NCBI GenBank assembly: GCA_963756025.1
Contig: CAVWMF010000007.1
Coordinates: forward strand, 102,612-166,611
Direction: 5' to 3'
From: an uncultured Acidimicrobiaceae bacterium
Lineage (GTDB): Bacteria > Actinomycetota > Acidimicrobiia > Acidimicrobiales > RAAP-2
Length of the DNA: 64,000 bases
Shown: one piece after another, positions 35,841 to 44,661 of the stretch
How positions within the stretch are numbered: the stretch's first letter is position 1
Layout of the letters: the number at the start of each line of letters is the position of its first letter
Made by a program: the position numbers and the translations under genes
The notes under the pieces: model-generated
What the model was told of the DNA's origin: nothing
What the model saw: the letters and a program-made list of their open reading frames with translations, nothing else
Database searches by the model: none

Positions 35841-37238
35841 ATGTCTCCAGTAGAACGAATCTGGTCCGGTGGTAGCGAAGGTCCGCTCGCGGGGGTCCGG
35901 GTCGTGGACCTCGGTCAGTACGTCGCGGGACCCCTCCTCGGAATGTTGCTCGCCGATCAAGGCGCCGATGTCGTCCGGGTCGATCCGCCGGGCGGCCCCC
36001 GCTGGGACACGCCCGTCAATGCGGTACTCCTGCGGGCTCGCCGGAGCCTCGTTCTCGACCTGACGGACGAGAGGGATCGCGCCCGGGTGGAAGCACTGAT
36101 CGCCTCCGCCGATGTCCTCATCGAGAACTTCCGTCCTGGCGTCGCTGACCGGCTGGGGATCGGACCCTCCCTCGCGATGGCACGCAACGCCGGCCTGGTG
36201 TACGTGTCGCTTCCCGGCTTCGGGACCGGGGACCCTCGCGCCGGCGTCGCAGCGTGGGAGGGGGTGGTGATGGCGGCCACCGGGGCCTATGTCGTACCCG
36301 AGCGTGAGGAACCGGTGTTTTCGGCACTTCCCCTCGGATCGGTGTTCGCCGCGCTCGAGTCGGCTGTGGCCGTCGTCGGCGCGTTGATCGCCCGGGATCG
36401 GGACGGTCTGGGTCAACGCGTGCAGATGCCGCTCTTCGATGCGCTCTTCGAGGCGGGTGGCGCCGGTCCGGTGGTCGAACGTCCGGAACCATTCAAGTAC
36501 GGCGACTTGGCCCTGGCGTGGTACCGCTGCGCCGACGGTCGGTATATCGCCCTCGCCTCGGCATGGTTCCGTCATCTCGAATGGTTCGTACGGGCAGCGG
36601 GTTGTCAGGCATGGATCGACGAAGGACTCGTCGACTATGACCGGATGATGACCGAGCCGGCTGTGGTCGAGGAGGTGCGCGCCCGCCTCGTCCATCTCTT
36701 TGCCCAGCGGCCGGCCCTCGAATGGGAGGCGTTCGGGCGCGTCCACGGGTGCTCATTGGCCATGCCCAGGTCGCTGGCCGAATGGCTCGACGAGGACCAC
36801 CCTCTGGCTGCGGGAGCACTTGTCGACGGCGAGGATCCTCAACTCGGGCGGGTGCGCATGCCAGGTCGAGCCGTCCGGGTATCGGCGTTCCCCGACGTCG
36901 CCATCACATCCCGACGCCCGGCAGGGTCGGACGATGCTGAACTCCGGGACGCGTTCGGACGAATTCCTGGCCGAAACCACCGCCCCGGCGTCAGGCGGTC
37001 CGACGCCGCGATCGGCGAGCTCGGCCCCGCCGCTCACCGGCGTGCGGGTACTCGACCTGACCCGCGTGGCGGCGGCACCCACGGCCACCAAACTGCTCGC
37101 CCAGTTCGGCGCCGACGTCATCAAGATCGACACCGACCCGAGCGGCCGGGCGTTGGTGAACGAACCGATCGGGCACGACGTGGTCAACCGGGGCAAACGG
37201 TCCATCCGGCTCGATCTCTACGACCCGGCCGACCGTGA
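35841..37238 (+). CDS. family III (CaiB/BaiF) CoA-transferase domain. The last ~95 codons of the ORF are out-of-frame read-through over a second CoA-transferase domain.
   Basis: LAGVRVVDLGQYVAGPLLGMLLADQGADVVRVDPPGG and ADVLIENFRPGVADRLGIG mark domain 1. The domain appears to end about 'PAGSDDAELRDAFG' (~36960). After that the text turns Arg/Pro-rich, while another frame (ATG 36934) reads PPLTGVRVLDLTRVAAAPTATKLLAQFGADVIKID. Confidence 0.7.
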   Translation: MSPVERIWSGGSEGPLAGVRVVDLGQYVAGPLLGMLLADQGADVVRVDPPGGPRWDTPVNAVLLRARRSLVLDLTDERDRARVEALIASADVLIENFRPGVADRLGIGPSLAMARNAGLVYVSLPGFGTGDPRAGVAAWEGVVMAATGAYVVPEREEPVFSALPLGSVFAALESAVAVVGALIARDRDGLGQRVQMPLFDALFEAGGAGPVVERPEPFKYGDLALAWYRCADGRYIALASAWFRHLEWFVRAAGCQAWIDEGLVDYDRMMTEPAVVEEVRARLVHLFAQRPALEWEAFGRVHGCSLAMPRSLAEWLDEDHPLAAGALVDGEDPQLGRVRMPGRAVRVSAFPDVAITSRRPAGSDDAELRDAFGRIPGRNHRPGVRRSDAAIGELGPAAHRRAGTRPDPRGGGTHGHQTARPVRRRRHQDRHRPERPGVGERTDRARRGQPGQTVHPARSLRPGRP

Positions 37239-38122
37239 GGTACTCGAGCGCGCTGCTCTCGACGGCCGACGTCGTCTTCCAGAATTTCACACTCGGTGTC
37301 GACCAGCGGCTCGGCATCGACGAGTCGTCGGTACGCCAGGTCGCCCCCGACGTCGTCTACACGTATCTCAACGCCTACGGCACCGAGGGCCCCTGGGCGG
37401 ACGCTCGCGGCTATGCCGACCTTCTCAACTGCGCCACAGGGATCAGCGAACGCACGATCGGCGATGTCGAGCTCGCCAGCGGTCACCCGCTCCTGGCGGT
37501 CGACCGTCCCCGCTGGCCGTTCACTGACTACGCAGCGGGAGCGCTCGGCGCCTTCGCCACCATGCTCGGGCTGTTGCAGCGCGGGCGGACAGGGATCGCG
37601 GCGCGCGTCGAGACCACGCTGGAGCGTGCAGCGGCGCTGGAGCAGGTCATCTACGCCCTCGATTACGTCGGACGTGACATCGACGAGCCGCGTGGCGACG
37701 CGCCCGGTTGGTCACCGCTGCAACGCCTCTATGCGACCGCCGACGGAACTGTCTTCGTGGGCGCGGCCGTTTCCCAGGGCGGTGACCTGCTGAAGGCCCT
37801 CGGTGCCGATGTCGTGGAGAACCTCCCCGATGCGTTCGCCGGGACCAGTACGCAGAGCGTCATCGATGCTCTGCGTGCGCTCGATATCGGCGTCCATCGG
37901 GTCGAACCGCCGGGGCGCCTCCTCGCCGACGACGGGGTCGCGGCGAAGGTTGGCCTGCGGGTCGAGGACTACTCCGAGACCAATGGGAGGGTCCTGATGG
38001 TGGGGCCGGTCGCCCGGCTGTCCCGCACCCCGTCGGTCGCCGGAGCCTTGGCCCGGTCCTTCGGCGGCAATTCCGAAGAAATCCGCCGCGAGATGGGTTT
38101 CGGCGCCGCCTCGTCGCCCTGA
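37235..38122 (+). CDS. family III CoA-transferase, C-terminal two-thirds of a second domain (frame-shifted relative to its own N-terminus)
   Basis: The GTG start overlaps the preceding stop (GTGA). It begins mid-domain at 'LLSTADVVFQNFTLGVDQRLGID'. The matching N-terminal third (…KRSIRLDLYDPADREVLER) is in a different frame at 36934..~37250. Confidence 0.7.
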   Translation: MRYSSALLSTADVVFQNFTLGVDQRLGIDESSVRQVAPDVVYTYLNAYGTEGPWADARGYADLLNCATGISERTIGDVELASGHPLLAVDRPRWPFTDYAAGALGAFATMLGLLQRGRTGIAARVETTLERAAALEQVIYALDYVGRDIDEPRGDAPGWSPLQRLYATADGTVFVGAAVSQGGDLLKALGADVVENLPDAFAGTSTQSVIDALRALDIGVHRVEPPGRLLADDGVAAKVGLRVEDYSETNGRVLMVGPVARLSRTPSVAGALARSFGGNSEEIRREMGFGAASSP

Positions 38123-38143
38123 GCTCCGATTCTCAGGAGCCGC

Positions 38144-39100
38144 TTACGAGCGACGCCGTACCCACGTCGAGGTCCTCCGTGGCACATCGCCCTCGACCTC
38201 TACCTCGCCGGCGTCACGCAGATAGAGGAGGTGCGCGTACATGGAACCCGCCGCTCCCCGCCACAATTTCTTGCTCGTCTGCGCGTAGACACGGGGGACG
38301 AGCGCGGCGATCGTCGCCGGTCCGGCGTCGAGCGCCGCGAGAAGATGCTCACCTCGCTCGCGACGATGGGCGAGAAAGGCCCGCACAAGATCCTGCGGCT
38401 CCTCCACCGGTGGCCCGTGGGTCGGGAGGTAGCGACGGTCCTGCTCCCGATCGAGGAGCTTTTCAAGGCTGGCCTGATATTCACCCAGATTACCGTCAGG
38501 CGGCGAGACGACGGTCGTGGACCAGCCCATGACGTGATCACCCGAACACAGCGTGCTCTCTTCCCGGAAGAAGTAGCAGAGATGGTTCGAGGCATGTCCC
38601 GGCGTGTGGACAGCGTCGAACGTCCACCCGTCGCCCTCGATGACATCGCCGTCTCGCACGACCACATCGGGTTCGAACGCCTGGTCGCCGCCGAGCTTGG
38701 GCATTGCCTGTGCGGTGCCGTCAGCCCGCAGAGGAAGGTCGGCCAGTGGGTTGCCGTCAGCTTCGGGATCGCCGAACACCACGGCATCGTCGACCAGCGT
38801 GGCCAGGTCAGGTACCACCCGCTGCGGCCCGAAGCCGTAGGTAACGGCTCCGGTGCGCTGCTGGAGCAGCGCAGATGCCGGCGAGTGGTCACTGTGGGTG
38901 TGCGTGATCAACAGGTGGGTGATCCGCTCGCCGGGATCCAGCGCGGCGAGTACCCGTTCCACGTGCGCGTCATCGAGCGGGCCGGGGTCGACGACCGCGA
39001 CCTCGCCGCGGCCGATGAGGTATGTGCCCGTGCCGTGGTAGGTGAACGGCCCCGGATTCTCGGCGAGCACCCGCCGGACAAGCGGCGAGACGCGGACCAC
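38144..39100 (-). CDS. MBL-fold metallo-hydrolase
   Basis: 318 aa with an HxHxDH motif 'LITHTHSDHSP'. Confidence 0.85.
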   Translation of the reverse strand: MVRVSPLVRRVLAENPGPFTYHGTGTYLIGRGEVAVVDPGPLDDAHVERVLAALDPGERITHLLITHTHSDHSPASALLQQRTGAVTYGFGPQRVVPDLATLVDDAVVFGDPEADGNPLADLPLRADGTAQAMPKLGGDQAFEPDVVVRDGDVIEGDGWTFDAVHTPGHASNHLCYFFREESTLCSGDHVMGWSTTVVSPPDGNLGEYQASLEKLLDREQDRRYLPTHGPPVEEPQDLVRAFLAHRRERGEHLLAALDAGPATIAALVPRVYAQTSKKLWRGAAGSMYAHLLYLRDAGEVEVEGDVPRRTSTWVRRRS

Positions 39101-39147
39101 CTCGCCGTACCTCGCCTCGAGCTCGCTGACGTAGGGAATGGTGACGA

Positions 39148-40308
39148 TCAGGAGTCCTCAGGAAGCTCGGTGCCATCTTCAGGCGCCGGGGGCACATGGG
39201 GGAAGAGCTCCTGGAACGCGCCCTTGGTGATCCGCTCCCGTTGCGCGGGTGTCAGGTCGTCGACGAGTTCGTGGAGCGTCTTCTGCGTGTGCCCGAATGT
39301 GCCTTCGAGGTGCGGGTAGTCACTGCCCCAGCAGACGTTCTGGTAGCCCATGGCGGCCAGCGCCTGTGGCGCCGAGCGATCATGCTGGAACGATGCGTAG
39401 ACGTTCTCGAAGAGGTACTCACTGGGGAGACGCTTGAACTTCGGCCATACCTGGTTGACGTGCTGGCGGTAGGCCTCGTCAAGGCGGTCGGCCATGAAGG
39501 GCACCCATGTGGCACCCCCTTCGGAGACAACGCACTTGAGCGTGGGGTGCCGGTCGAAGACGCCGCTCGCCACCAACTTCGCCGCCGCGAGCTGCATGTG
39601 GTAGCTGGCCTCGTAGTAATTCATCAGGTGGCCGCCGGGACCCCCGTGGTACGTGCCGTTGAACGTGTCGGCCTCGTGAGGGTCGCTACCGGCGTGGAAT
39701 CCGACGTGCATGCCGGCCTCGGCCATCACGGCCCAGAGCGGGTGCCAGTCGTCCCGGTGCCAGTTCGGTCCGCTGATGGTCGGCGAGGTGGGGAGCATGG
39801 CGATCTTGAAGCCCATGTCTGCAGTGCGTTCCACCTCCGCCACCGCCGTCTCCACGCTCAGCGTCGGGATCATCGCCGTACAGACGTAGCGGTCCGAGAA
39901 CCGCTGGTACTCGATGGCCCAGTCATTGATCACCTGACAACCTGCGAGCATGAGCTGCGGGTCGCGCATCGAGTGCATCCACATGCCGACCGACGTGTAG
40001 ACGAGCTCACCCCAGACACCCTCCTGGTTGAGGTCCTTGAGCCGCAGCCGCTTGTCGTTCTGCCCCGGCGCACGCTCCACGACGTTCAAACCGGTCTCCG
40101 GATCCACCATCGGCCGTTTCGCGAAGGGAACCTTTCGCCGGAACTCCTGGCCGTCGACGTAGATCGTCTCGAACTGCCCGTCCTCGTCGCGCACCGCCCG
40201 CGGCATCCGGTCGGCCAGGTCGGCCGGCAGGTTCTCCTGAAACAACTCGAATGGCTCCATCAGGTGGGAGTCTCCCGAATTGGCCCAGATCTTCTTCTCC
40301 ACAGTCAC
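39148..40308 (-). CDS. amidohydrolase-2 (PF04909-like) family protein
   Basis: 386 aa. Motifs: WANSGDSHLMEPFELF, VINDWAIEY, CWGSDYPHLE. GTG 40308 overlaps the DUF35 stop; a second GTG at 40302 is also possible. Confidence 0.9.
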   Translation of the reverse strand: MTVEKKIWANSGDSHLMEPFELFQENLPADLADRMPRAVRDEDGQFETIYVDGQEFRRKVPFAKRPMVDPETGLNVVERAPGQNDKRLRLKDLNQEGVWGELVYTSVGMWMHSMRDPQLMLAGCQVINDWAIEYQRFSDRYVCTAMIPTLSVETAVAEVERTADMGFKIAMLPTSPTISGPNWHRDDWHPLWAVMAEAGMHVGFHAGSDPHEADTFNGTYHGGPGGHLMNYYEASYHMQLAAAKLVASGVFDRHPTLKCVVSEGGATWVPFMADRLDEAYRQHVNQVWPKFKRLPSEYLFENVYASFQHDRSAPQALAAMGYQNVCWGSDYPHLEGTFGHTQKTLHELVDDLTPAQRERITKGAFQELFPHVPPAPEDGTELPEDS

Positions 40309-40781
40309 TCCTTCTCACCGTCTTTGATCGGACGGAATCGCGGTGTTGACATTTCCTCATTCACGTGCTCGAAGACGATGCGAACACGTGAGCCGATGCT
40401 GATCTCCTCGGGCTCGCACTCGATGATGTTCACGAGCATCCGGGCCCCTTCACCCTGGGTTCCGTCGAGCTCGACAATGCCCGACACATAGGGAACCACA
40501 GCCGCAAGGTCAGGGTGCAGGGGGTGGCGCACGATGGTGTAGCTGTACACCGTCCCCAGCCCCGAGAGCTCCACCCACTCGGCCTCAAAGCTCTGACAGA
40601 CATAACAGATCGGGTACGGCGGAAGACGGAATGTGCCGCAGTTGGTGCAGCGGGGCATGACCAGGCGGTCTTCGCGCGCCGCATCCCAGAAGGGCTGCGT
40701 CGTCGGGTCGGCGAAGGTTCGCTTCTGCATGGTCGGGAAGACCCCCTTGCGGAGCTCACCGAAGGAACTGGTTATCGTCAT
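40305..40781 (-). CDS. DUF35 Zn-ribbon/OB-fold protein
   Basis: 158 aa with a GGAGG RBS. The Zn-ribbon is 'CTNCGTFRLPPYPICYVC', followed by an OB-fold-like C-terminus (GTVYSYTIV...VSGIVELD). Confidence 0.85.
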   Translation of the reverse strand: MTITSSFGELRKGVFPTMQKRTFADPTTQPFWDAAREDRLVMPRCTNCGTFRLPPYPICYVCQSFEAEWVELSGLGTVYSYTIVRHPLHPDLAAVVPYVSGIVELDGTQGEGARMLVNIIECEPEEISIGSRVRIVFEHVNEEMSTPRFRPIKDGEKE

Positions 40782-40789
40782 TTGTCTGC

Positions 40790-42001
40790 TTACCTCCGTA
40801 GGAGTGTGCCGCCCATGGGCAGCAGTGAGGTTCCGCCGGTGACCAGAGCGATCTCAGCTCCGTCGACTTGATTTATTGCCGTGCCGCGCAGCTGCTCGAC
40901 CGCCTCCATGATGTGGCTCATGCCGAGGAGATACGCCTCCGACAAGTTGCCCCCGTGTGTGTTCACCGGGATGGAGCCGGTCTTCCAACGGATGTTGCCG
41001 TCAGCGACGAATGGGCCACCTTCGCCCTTTGCGCAGAAGCCGTAGTCCTCGAGCTGCATGAGAACCATCGGCACGAAGTTGTCGTAGATCAACGCGACGT
41101 CGACATCCTCCGGGCCGACGCCCGCCATCTCGTACATCCGGCGCGCCGGGTATCTCGACCCTGACGACACGAGGTCGTCCTCTGCCATCTGGAGCCACTT
41201 CCAATTGAGAGGTCCGGTCCGCCCGGGGCCACCGTGCGCCGAGCCCATGACATAGACCGGTGGGTGGCGCAGGTCCTTGGCTCGCTCGGCCGACACCGTG
41301 ATCGCCGCCACGCAGCCGTCAGTCTCGAGCGTGAAGTCGAAGAGGCACAGAGGATCGGCGATCATCCGTGCGTTGAAGTAGTCGTCCATTGTCAACGGGG
41401 TCTTCTTGATCGCCTTCGGACGCCTTGTGGCGTTGTCACGCGTCGAAATCGCAATTTCGGCGAAATGCTCGCGGGTGGTGCCGTACTTGTGCATGTGCCG
41501 CTTCGCGATCAGCGCCGCCGCGTGGCCGGGGCCCAACAACCCGTCATTGGCGGTGAAACCCATGTACGGAGAAGCGATGCCAAGGCCGGCGGTGCCATAC
41601 GTCAGCTGGGGTCCGTTCTCCGTCGCGACGGCACTCCCGCCAAGTCGACGATGTGCTTGCTGCACGGGGTAGGCCGTCACGACGCACGTTGCCATGCCGG
41701 CGTGGATAGCGGATGCAGCCAGGCCGATCGATGCGCCCGAGGCCCCGCCACCGCCCGTCGTGGTCGCGGTGTAGCGAACCTCGGGGACACCCAGTGCTGC
41801 GGCGACTTCCGCCGGCTCGAACGAACTCGCATACAGCGCGAAGCCGTCAACATCCTTCACGGTGAGTCCAGCGTCGTCGAGAGCGGTCAGGATTGATTTG
41901 CAGACGAGACTCAGCTCCGACTCCTGCGGATACGACTGCCCGCGCTTGTAATACTGGGTCCCGCCCACACCGACAACGGCGGCCTGATCCTTCATGGTCA
42001 T
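40790..42001 (-). CDS. thiolase-fold (SCP-x/lipid-transfer-protein-like) protein
   Basis: 403 aa with a GGGGGAGGA RBS. Motifs: AAVVGVGGTQYYKRG and NTHGGNLSEAY. No Cys is seen where thiolases carry the nucleophile (TTGGGGASGASIGLAASAI). Confidence 0.9.
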   Translation of the reverse strand: MTMKDQAAVVGVGGTQYYKRGQSYPQESELSLVCKSILTALDDAGLTVKDVDGFALYASSFEPAEVAAALGVPEVRYTATTTGGGGASGASIGLAASAIHAGMATCVVTAYPVQQAHRRLGGSAVATENGPQLTYGTAGLGIASPYMGFTANDGLLGPGHAAALIAKRHMHKYGTTREHFAEIAISTRDNATRRPKAIKKTPLTMDDYFNARMIADPLCLFDFTLETDGCVAAITVSAERAKDLRHPPVYVMGSAHGGPGRTGPLNWKWLQMAEDDLVSSGSRYPARRMYEMAGVGPEDVDVALIYDNFVPMVLMQLEDYGFCAKGEGGPFVADGNIRWKTGSIPVNTHGGNLSEAYLLGMSHIMEAVEQLRGTAINQVDGAEIALVTGGTSLLPMGGTLLRR

Positions 42002-42071
42002 CGCAAGGTCCTCCCCCTCGTGTTACATCCTGTCGTCATCGGGCGTCGTCCTTCCTGTTCCTCGTCGGCGG

Positions 42072-44501
42072 TCATCCCACGACATCCTTCGCCCGCAGGT
42101 CGGCGATCTCGTCCCTGCTGTAACCGAGCTCCTCGAGCACCGCATCGGTTGCGTTCCCACAGAGAACTCCTGCCTTGGCCTGCACGGTCGAGCGCGAAAA
42201 CCGTACGATAGGCGCCAATCGCGGGTGCTCGTCGAATATCGGATGCGTCACGTCGGCGAGGTAACCGCTGGCCCGTCCATAGTCGTCGCTCATCAAGAGT
42301 CCCTCGACGGGACCGGTGGTGACCGCCACGCATGCGACATCGGCTGCCGTCAAGTCCCGTTGCCATTCGTCTTTGCCCCGCCTGATGAAGACGCCGGCCA
42401 GAAGCTCGCACAGGCCGTCGTCGTTGGCCCGGCGGTCGGTCTCGGTGGCGAACCGGGGGTCGGCTCGGAGATCCACATATGGTGCGAGCGCCTCGGCGAG
42501 CTCATCCCACTCCCTCGGCTGCGGGGCCGCCAGGAACACCCACCCGTCGGCCGCGTCATAGATCCGGTACCGTGCTGCCGGCCCGCGCATCTCCGGACCT
42601 GCAGACAAACCACCAGCGGCGCCCGGGACATCGATGACATGGTCCGCCATGGCGTGAGCGGTCGAGAGCAGCATCGACGCCACCACCTGTTGGCCGCCGG
42701 CGCCGCGCCGGCGTGCCAGGAGTCCCAGGAGCGCCGCCGTCGCCACACCGAGCGCCCCGATGCCGTCGGCCGACGCATACTTCGTGGCGCTGGCCGAACG
42801 CAGGAGCATGCTGCGGGCCACGACCTCGTCGAAGCTGATCGAGGGATCCTGGGGGCCGGGCCCACCGAGATGAGCCGCCGCAATTCCTCCGGCCGCGCCG
42901 AAGCTCGGCGCGAAGGAGGCCCGATCACCGTATGGCCCCCCGATGCCGTACCCCGACCCGTTCACGTAGACGATATCGGGATTGATCTTCTGCAATGTCT
43001 CGAAGTCGAATCCACCACGCTCGGCCGCACCGGCCCGGAAGCCGTTCACCACCACGTCCGCCTGCGCCGCCAGCTTGTGCAGGATGTCACGGCCTTCCGG
43101 CGTTCGGATGTCGACCGCCACGCTTTCCTTGCCCTGCATGACCTTGCCGCCACCGATCTCAGGGAACTGTGGTACCTGGCGACGGATCGAGTCCCCTTCC
43201 AGCTGCTCGACCTTGATGACGCGCGCCCCGAGATCGGCCAGCATGGTCGGTCCGTAGGGCGCCGCATACTGCACGGCAAGCTCGAGGACGGTCACGCCCT
43301 CCAAAGGCGCCCGGACTCGTGCGGACCCGTCCATGATCGGCCGGGGGTCCCAATCCTCTTGGTCGGCGTCGCCCATTCTCGGGGCCGGTCCCCGTACGGC
43401 CCCCGGGGTTGCCGTCATGCTGAACTGTGGGCCGGGCTGGCGCACGCTACCGGACCCGGGAACGGCGAGCTCAATGATGGAGCGGTCGTGCACGAGTTGC
43501 GGATGGTCGAGCGCCTCGGGCCCATCCCGATACAGTTCGGCCGTCACGTCGTGGTCGGCTTCGAAGACCGCCTGCCACTCGGCGAGGGTCCGGTCCCGCA
43601 CCCCCTCGAGCATCCGCTGCATCAACTCCTCGCGCTGCGCCTCATCCTCGAGGATGGGGATTCCCTCCCACTTCGGGTCGGTCAGCATCCAGCCCAAGTC
43701 GAGTGTCCGCATGAACGACTCGAAGAGATGCGGTCGATTTTGCGCGAACTGCAACCAGCGCCCGTCCTTGGTCTGGCCCACCAAGAGCCGATAGACAAAA
43801 TGGTGCGACGTGGCCGGCGCCGTGACGAATGCCTCAGGCCATCTTGTGGCGACCAGGTACGTGTACCACGACGACGACGCTCCCTCATGGATCGTCACCG
43901 CCTGGGCCAGATTCGTCTCGACCCACTGCCCTCGGCCACTCTGGTCGCGCTCGAGCAACGCTGAGAGGATCCCCTGGAGCGCCCCGTGCGTGGCCGCGAA
44001 CGTGCACCACGGAGTGGTGACGAAGGGGGGTCGCCCGCCAGGGCTCATGCCACTGAACGACCCGTAGACACCGAGAACGGAGGCCACCACGGCCTCGTAT
44101 CCTTTGAGGTGCGCCCAGGGCCCCCGCCGGCCGAAACCAGTGACGGACGTGTACACGAGCCCGGGGTTGACCGCCTCCAACGCTTCGTAACCCAGGCCCA
44201 GCCGATCTGCGACACCGGGACGGAACGTCTCGATCAGCACATCGGCGCCGGCAGCGAGGGAGCGGACGCGCGCAATGCCCTCAGGTGTACCGAGGTCCGC
44301 CACGACGCTCCGCTTGCCCCGCCCGAAGAGGGGAAACGCCCGCTGCTGACGTAGCCGGCTTCCGCCCGGAGGTTCGACCCAGATGACATCGGCGCCGTAG
44401 TCGGCCAGGGTCTGGCTGACTTGAGCTCCGACGCGGTCAGGCGAGAGATCGACGACGCGCACGCCATCGAGCGGCCCGCTCGCTTGTTCTGACACTGCCA
44501 C
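42072..44501 (-). CDS. two-domain (tandem) family III CoA-transferase
   Basis: Track ORF runs to 44651. GTG 44501 with GGAGGAGG upstream gives VAVSEQASGPLDGVRVVDLS. The second domain starts at 'APLEGVTVLELAVQYAAPYGPTMLADLGARVIKVE'. Confidence 0.9.
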   Translation of the reverse strand: MAVSEQASGPLDGVRVVDLSPDRVGAQVSQTLADYGADVIWVEPPGGSRLRQQRAFPLFGRGKRSVVADLGTPEGIARVRSLAAGADVLIETFRPGVADRLGLGYEALEAVNPGLVYTSVTGFGRRGPWAHLKGYEAVVASVLGVYGSFSGMSPGGRPPFVTTPWCTFAATHGALQGILSALLERDQSGRGQWVETNLAQAVTIHEGASSSWYTYLVATRWPEAFVTAPATSHHFVYRLLVGQTKDGRWLQFAQNRPHLFESFMRTLDLGWMLTDPKWEGIPILEDEAQREELMQRMLEGVRDRTLAEWQAVFEADHDVTAELYRDGPEALDHPQLVHDRSIIELAVPGSGSVRQPGPQFSMTATPGAVRGPAPRMGDADQEDWDPRPIMDGSARVRAPLEGVTVLELAVQYAAPYGPTMLADLGARVIKVEQLEGDSIRRQVPQFPEIGGGKVMQGKESVAVDIRTPEGRDILHKLAAQADVVVNGFRAGAAERGGFDFETLQKINPDIVYVNGSGYGIGGPYGDRASFAPSFGAAGGIAAAHLGGPGPQDPSISFDEVVARSMLLRSASATKYASADGIGALGVATAALLGLLARRRGAGGQQVVASMLLSTAHAMADHVIDVPGAAGGLSAGPEMRGPAARYRIYDAADGWVFLAAPQPREWDELAEALAPYVDLRADPRFATETDRRANDDGLCELLAGVFIRRGKDEWQRDLTAADVACVAVTTGPVEGLLMSDDYGRASGYLADVTHPIFDEHPRLAPIVRFSRSTVQAKAGVLCGNATDAVLEELGYSRDEIADLRAKDVVG

Positions 44502-44661
44502 CGATGGGCCCCTCCTCCGCTTTGCGACCCGAGCGTACCGACCGCCCCGACTATTTGCAAGTCGGATTTCAAATGCCGGACGAAAATCCCCGGCAGCTCT
44601 ACCTGAACGGCCGCCCCGGCCTTCAAGCATTGGAACCCAGGTTTGTGACAAGGTATGTGGC

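Noticed and set aside
36900-37260. Possibility that the CoA-transferase (and cupin) frame changes are programmed ribosomal frameshifts
   Set aside because: I saw no slippery heptamer, no upstream SD-like stimulator in the right position and no obvious downstream pseudoknot-forming repeat at either junction. Three intact paralogues are encoded in a single frame. A mutation or an assembly indel is the simpler explanation.
36700-37527. 275-aa + strand ORF across the junction of the broken CoA-transferase
   Set aside because: It is not an independent gene. Only the stretch from ATG 36934 to about 37250 is domain-like, being the N-terminal third of the second CoA-transferase domain. The parts before and after are out-of-frame text.
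41994-43964. 656-aa + strand ORF opposite the two-domain CoA-transferase 42072..44501
   Set aside because: Same reasoning: low-complexity Arg/Gly/Pro-rich translation, no RBS, and complete overlap with a strongly supported minus-strand gene. The same applies to 28274..29695, 57584..59359, 38231..39319, 39196..40491, 24900..26108, 14883..16247, 22662.. and many other long shadow ORFs in the track.
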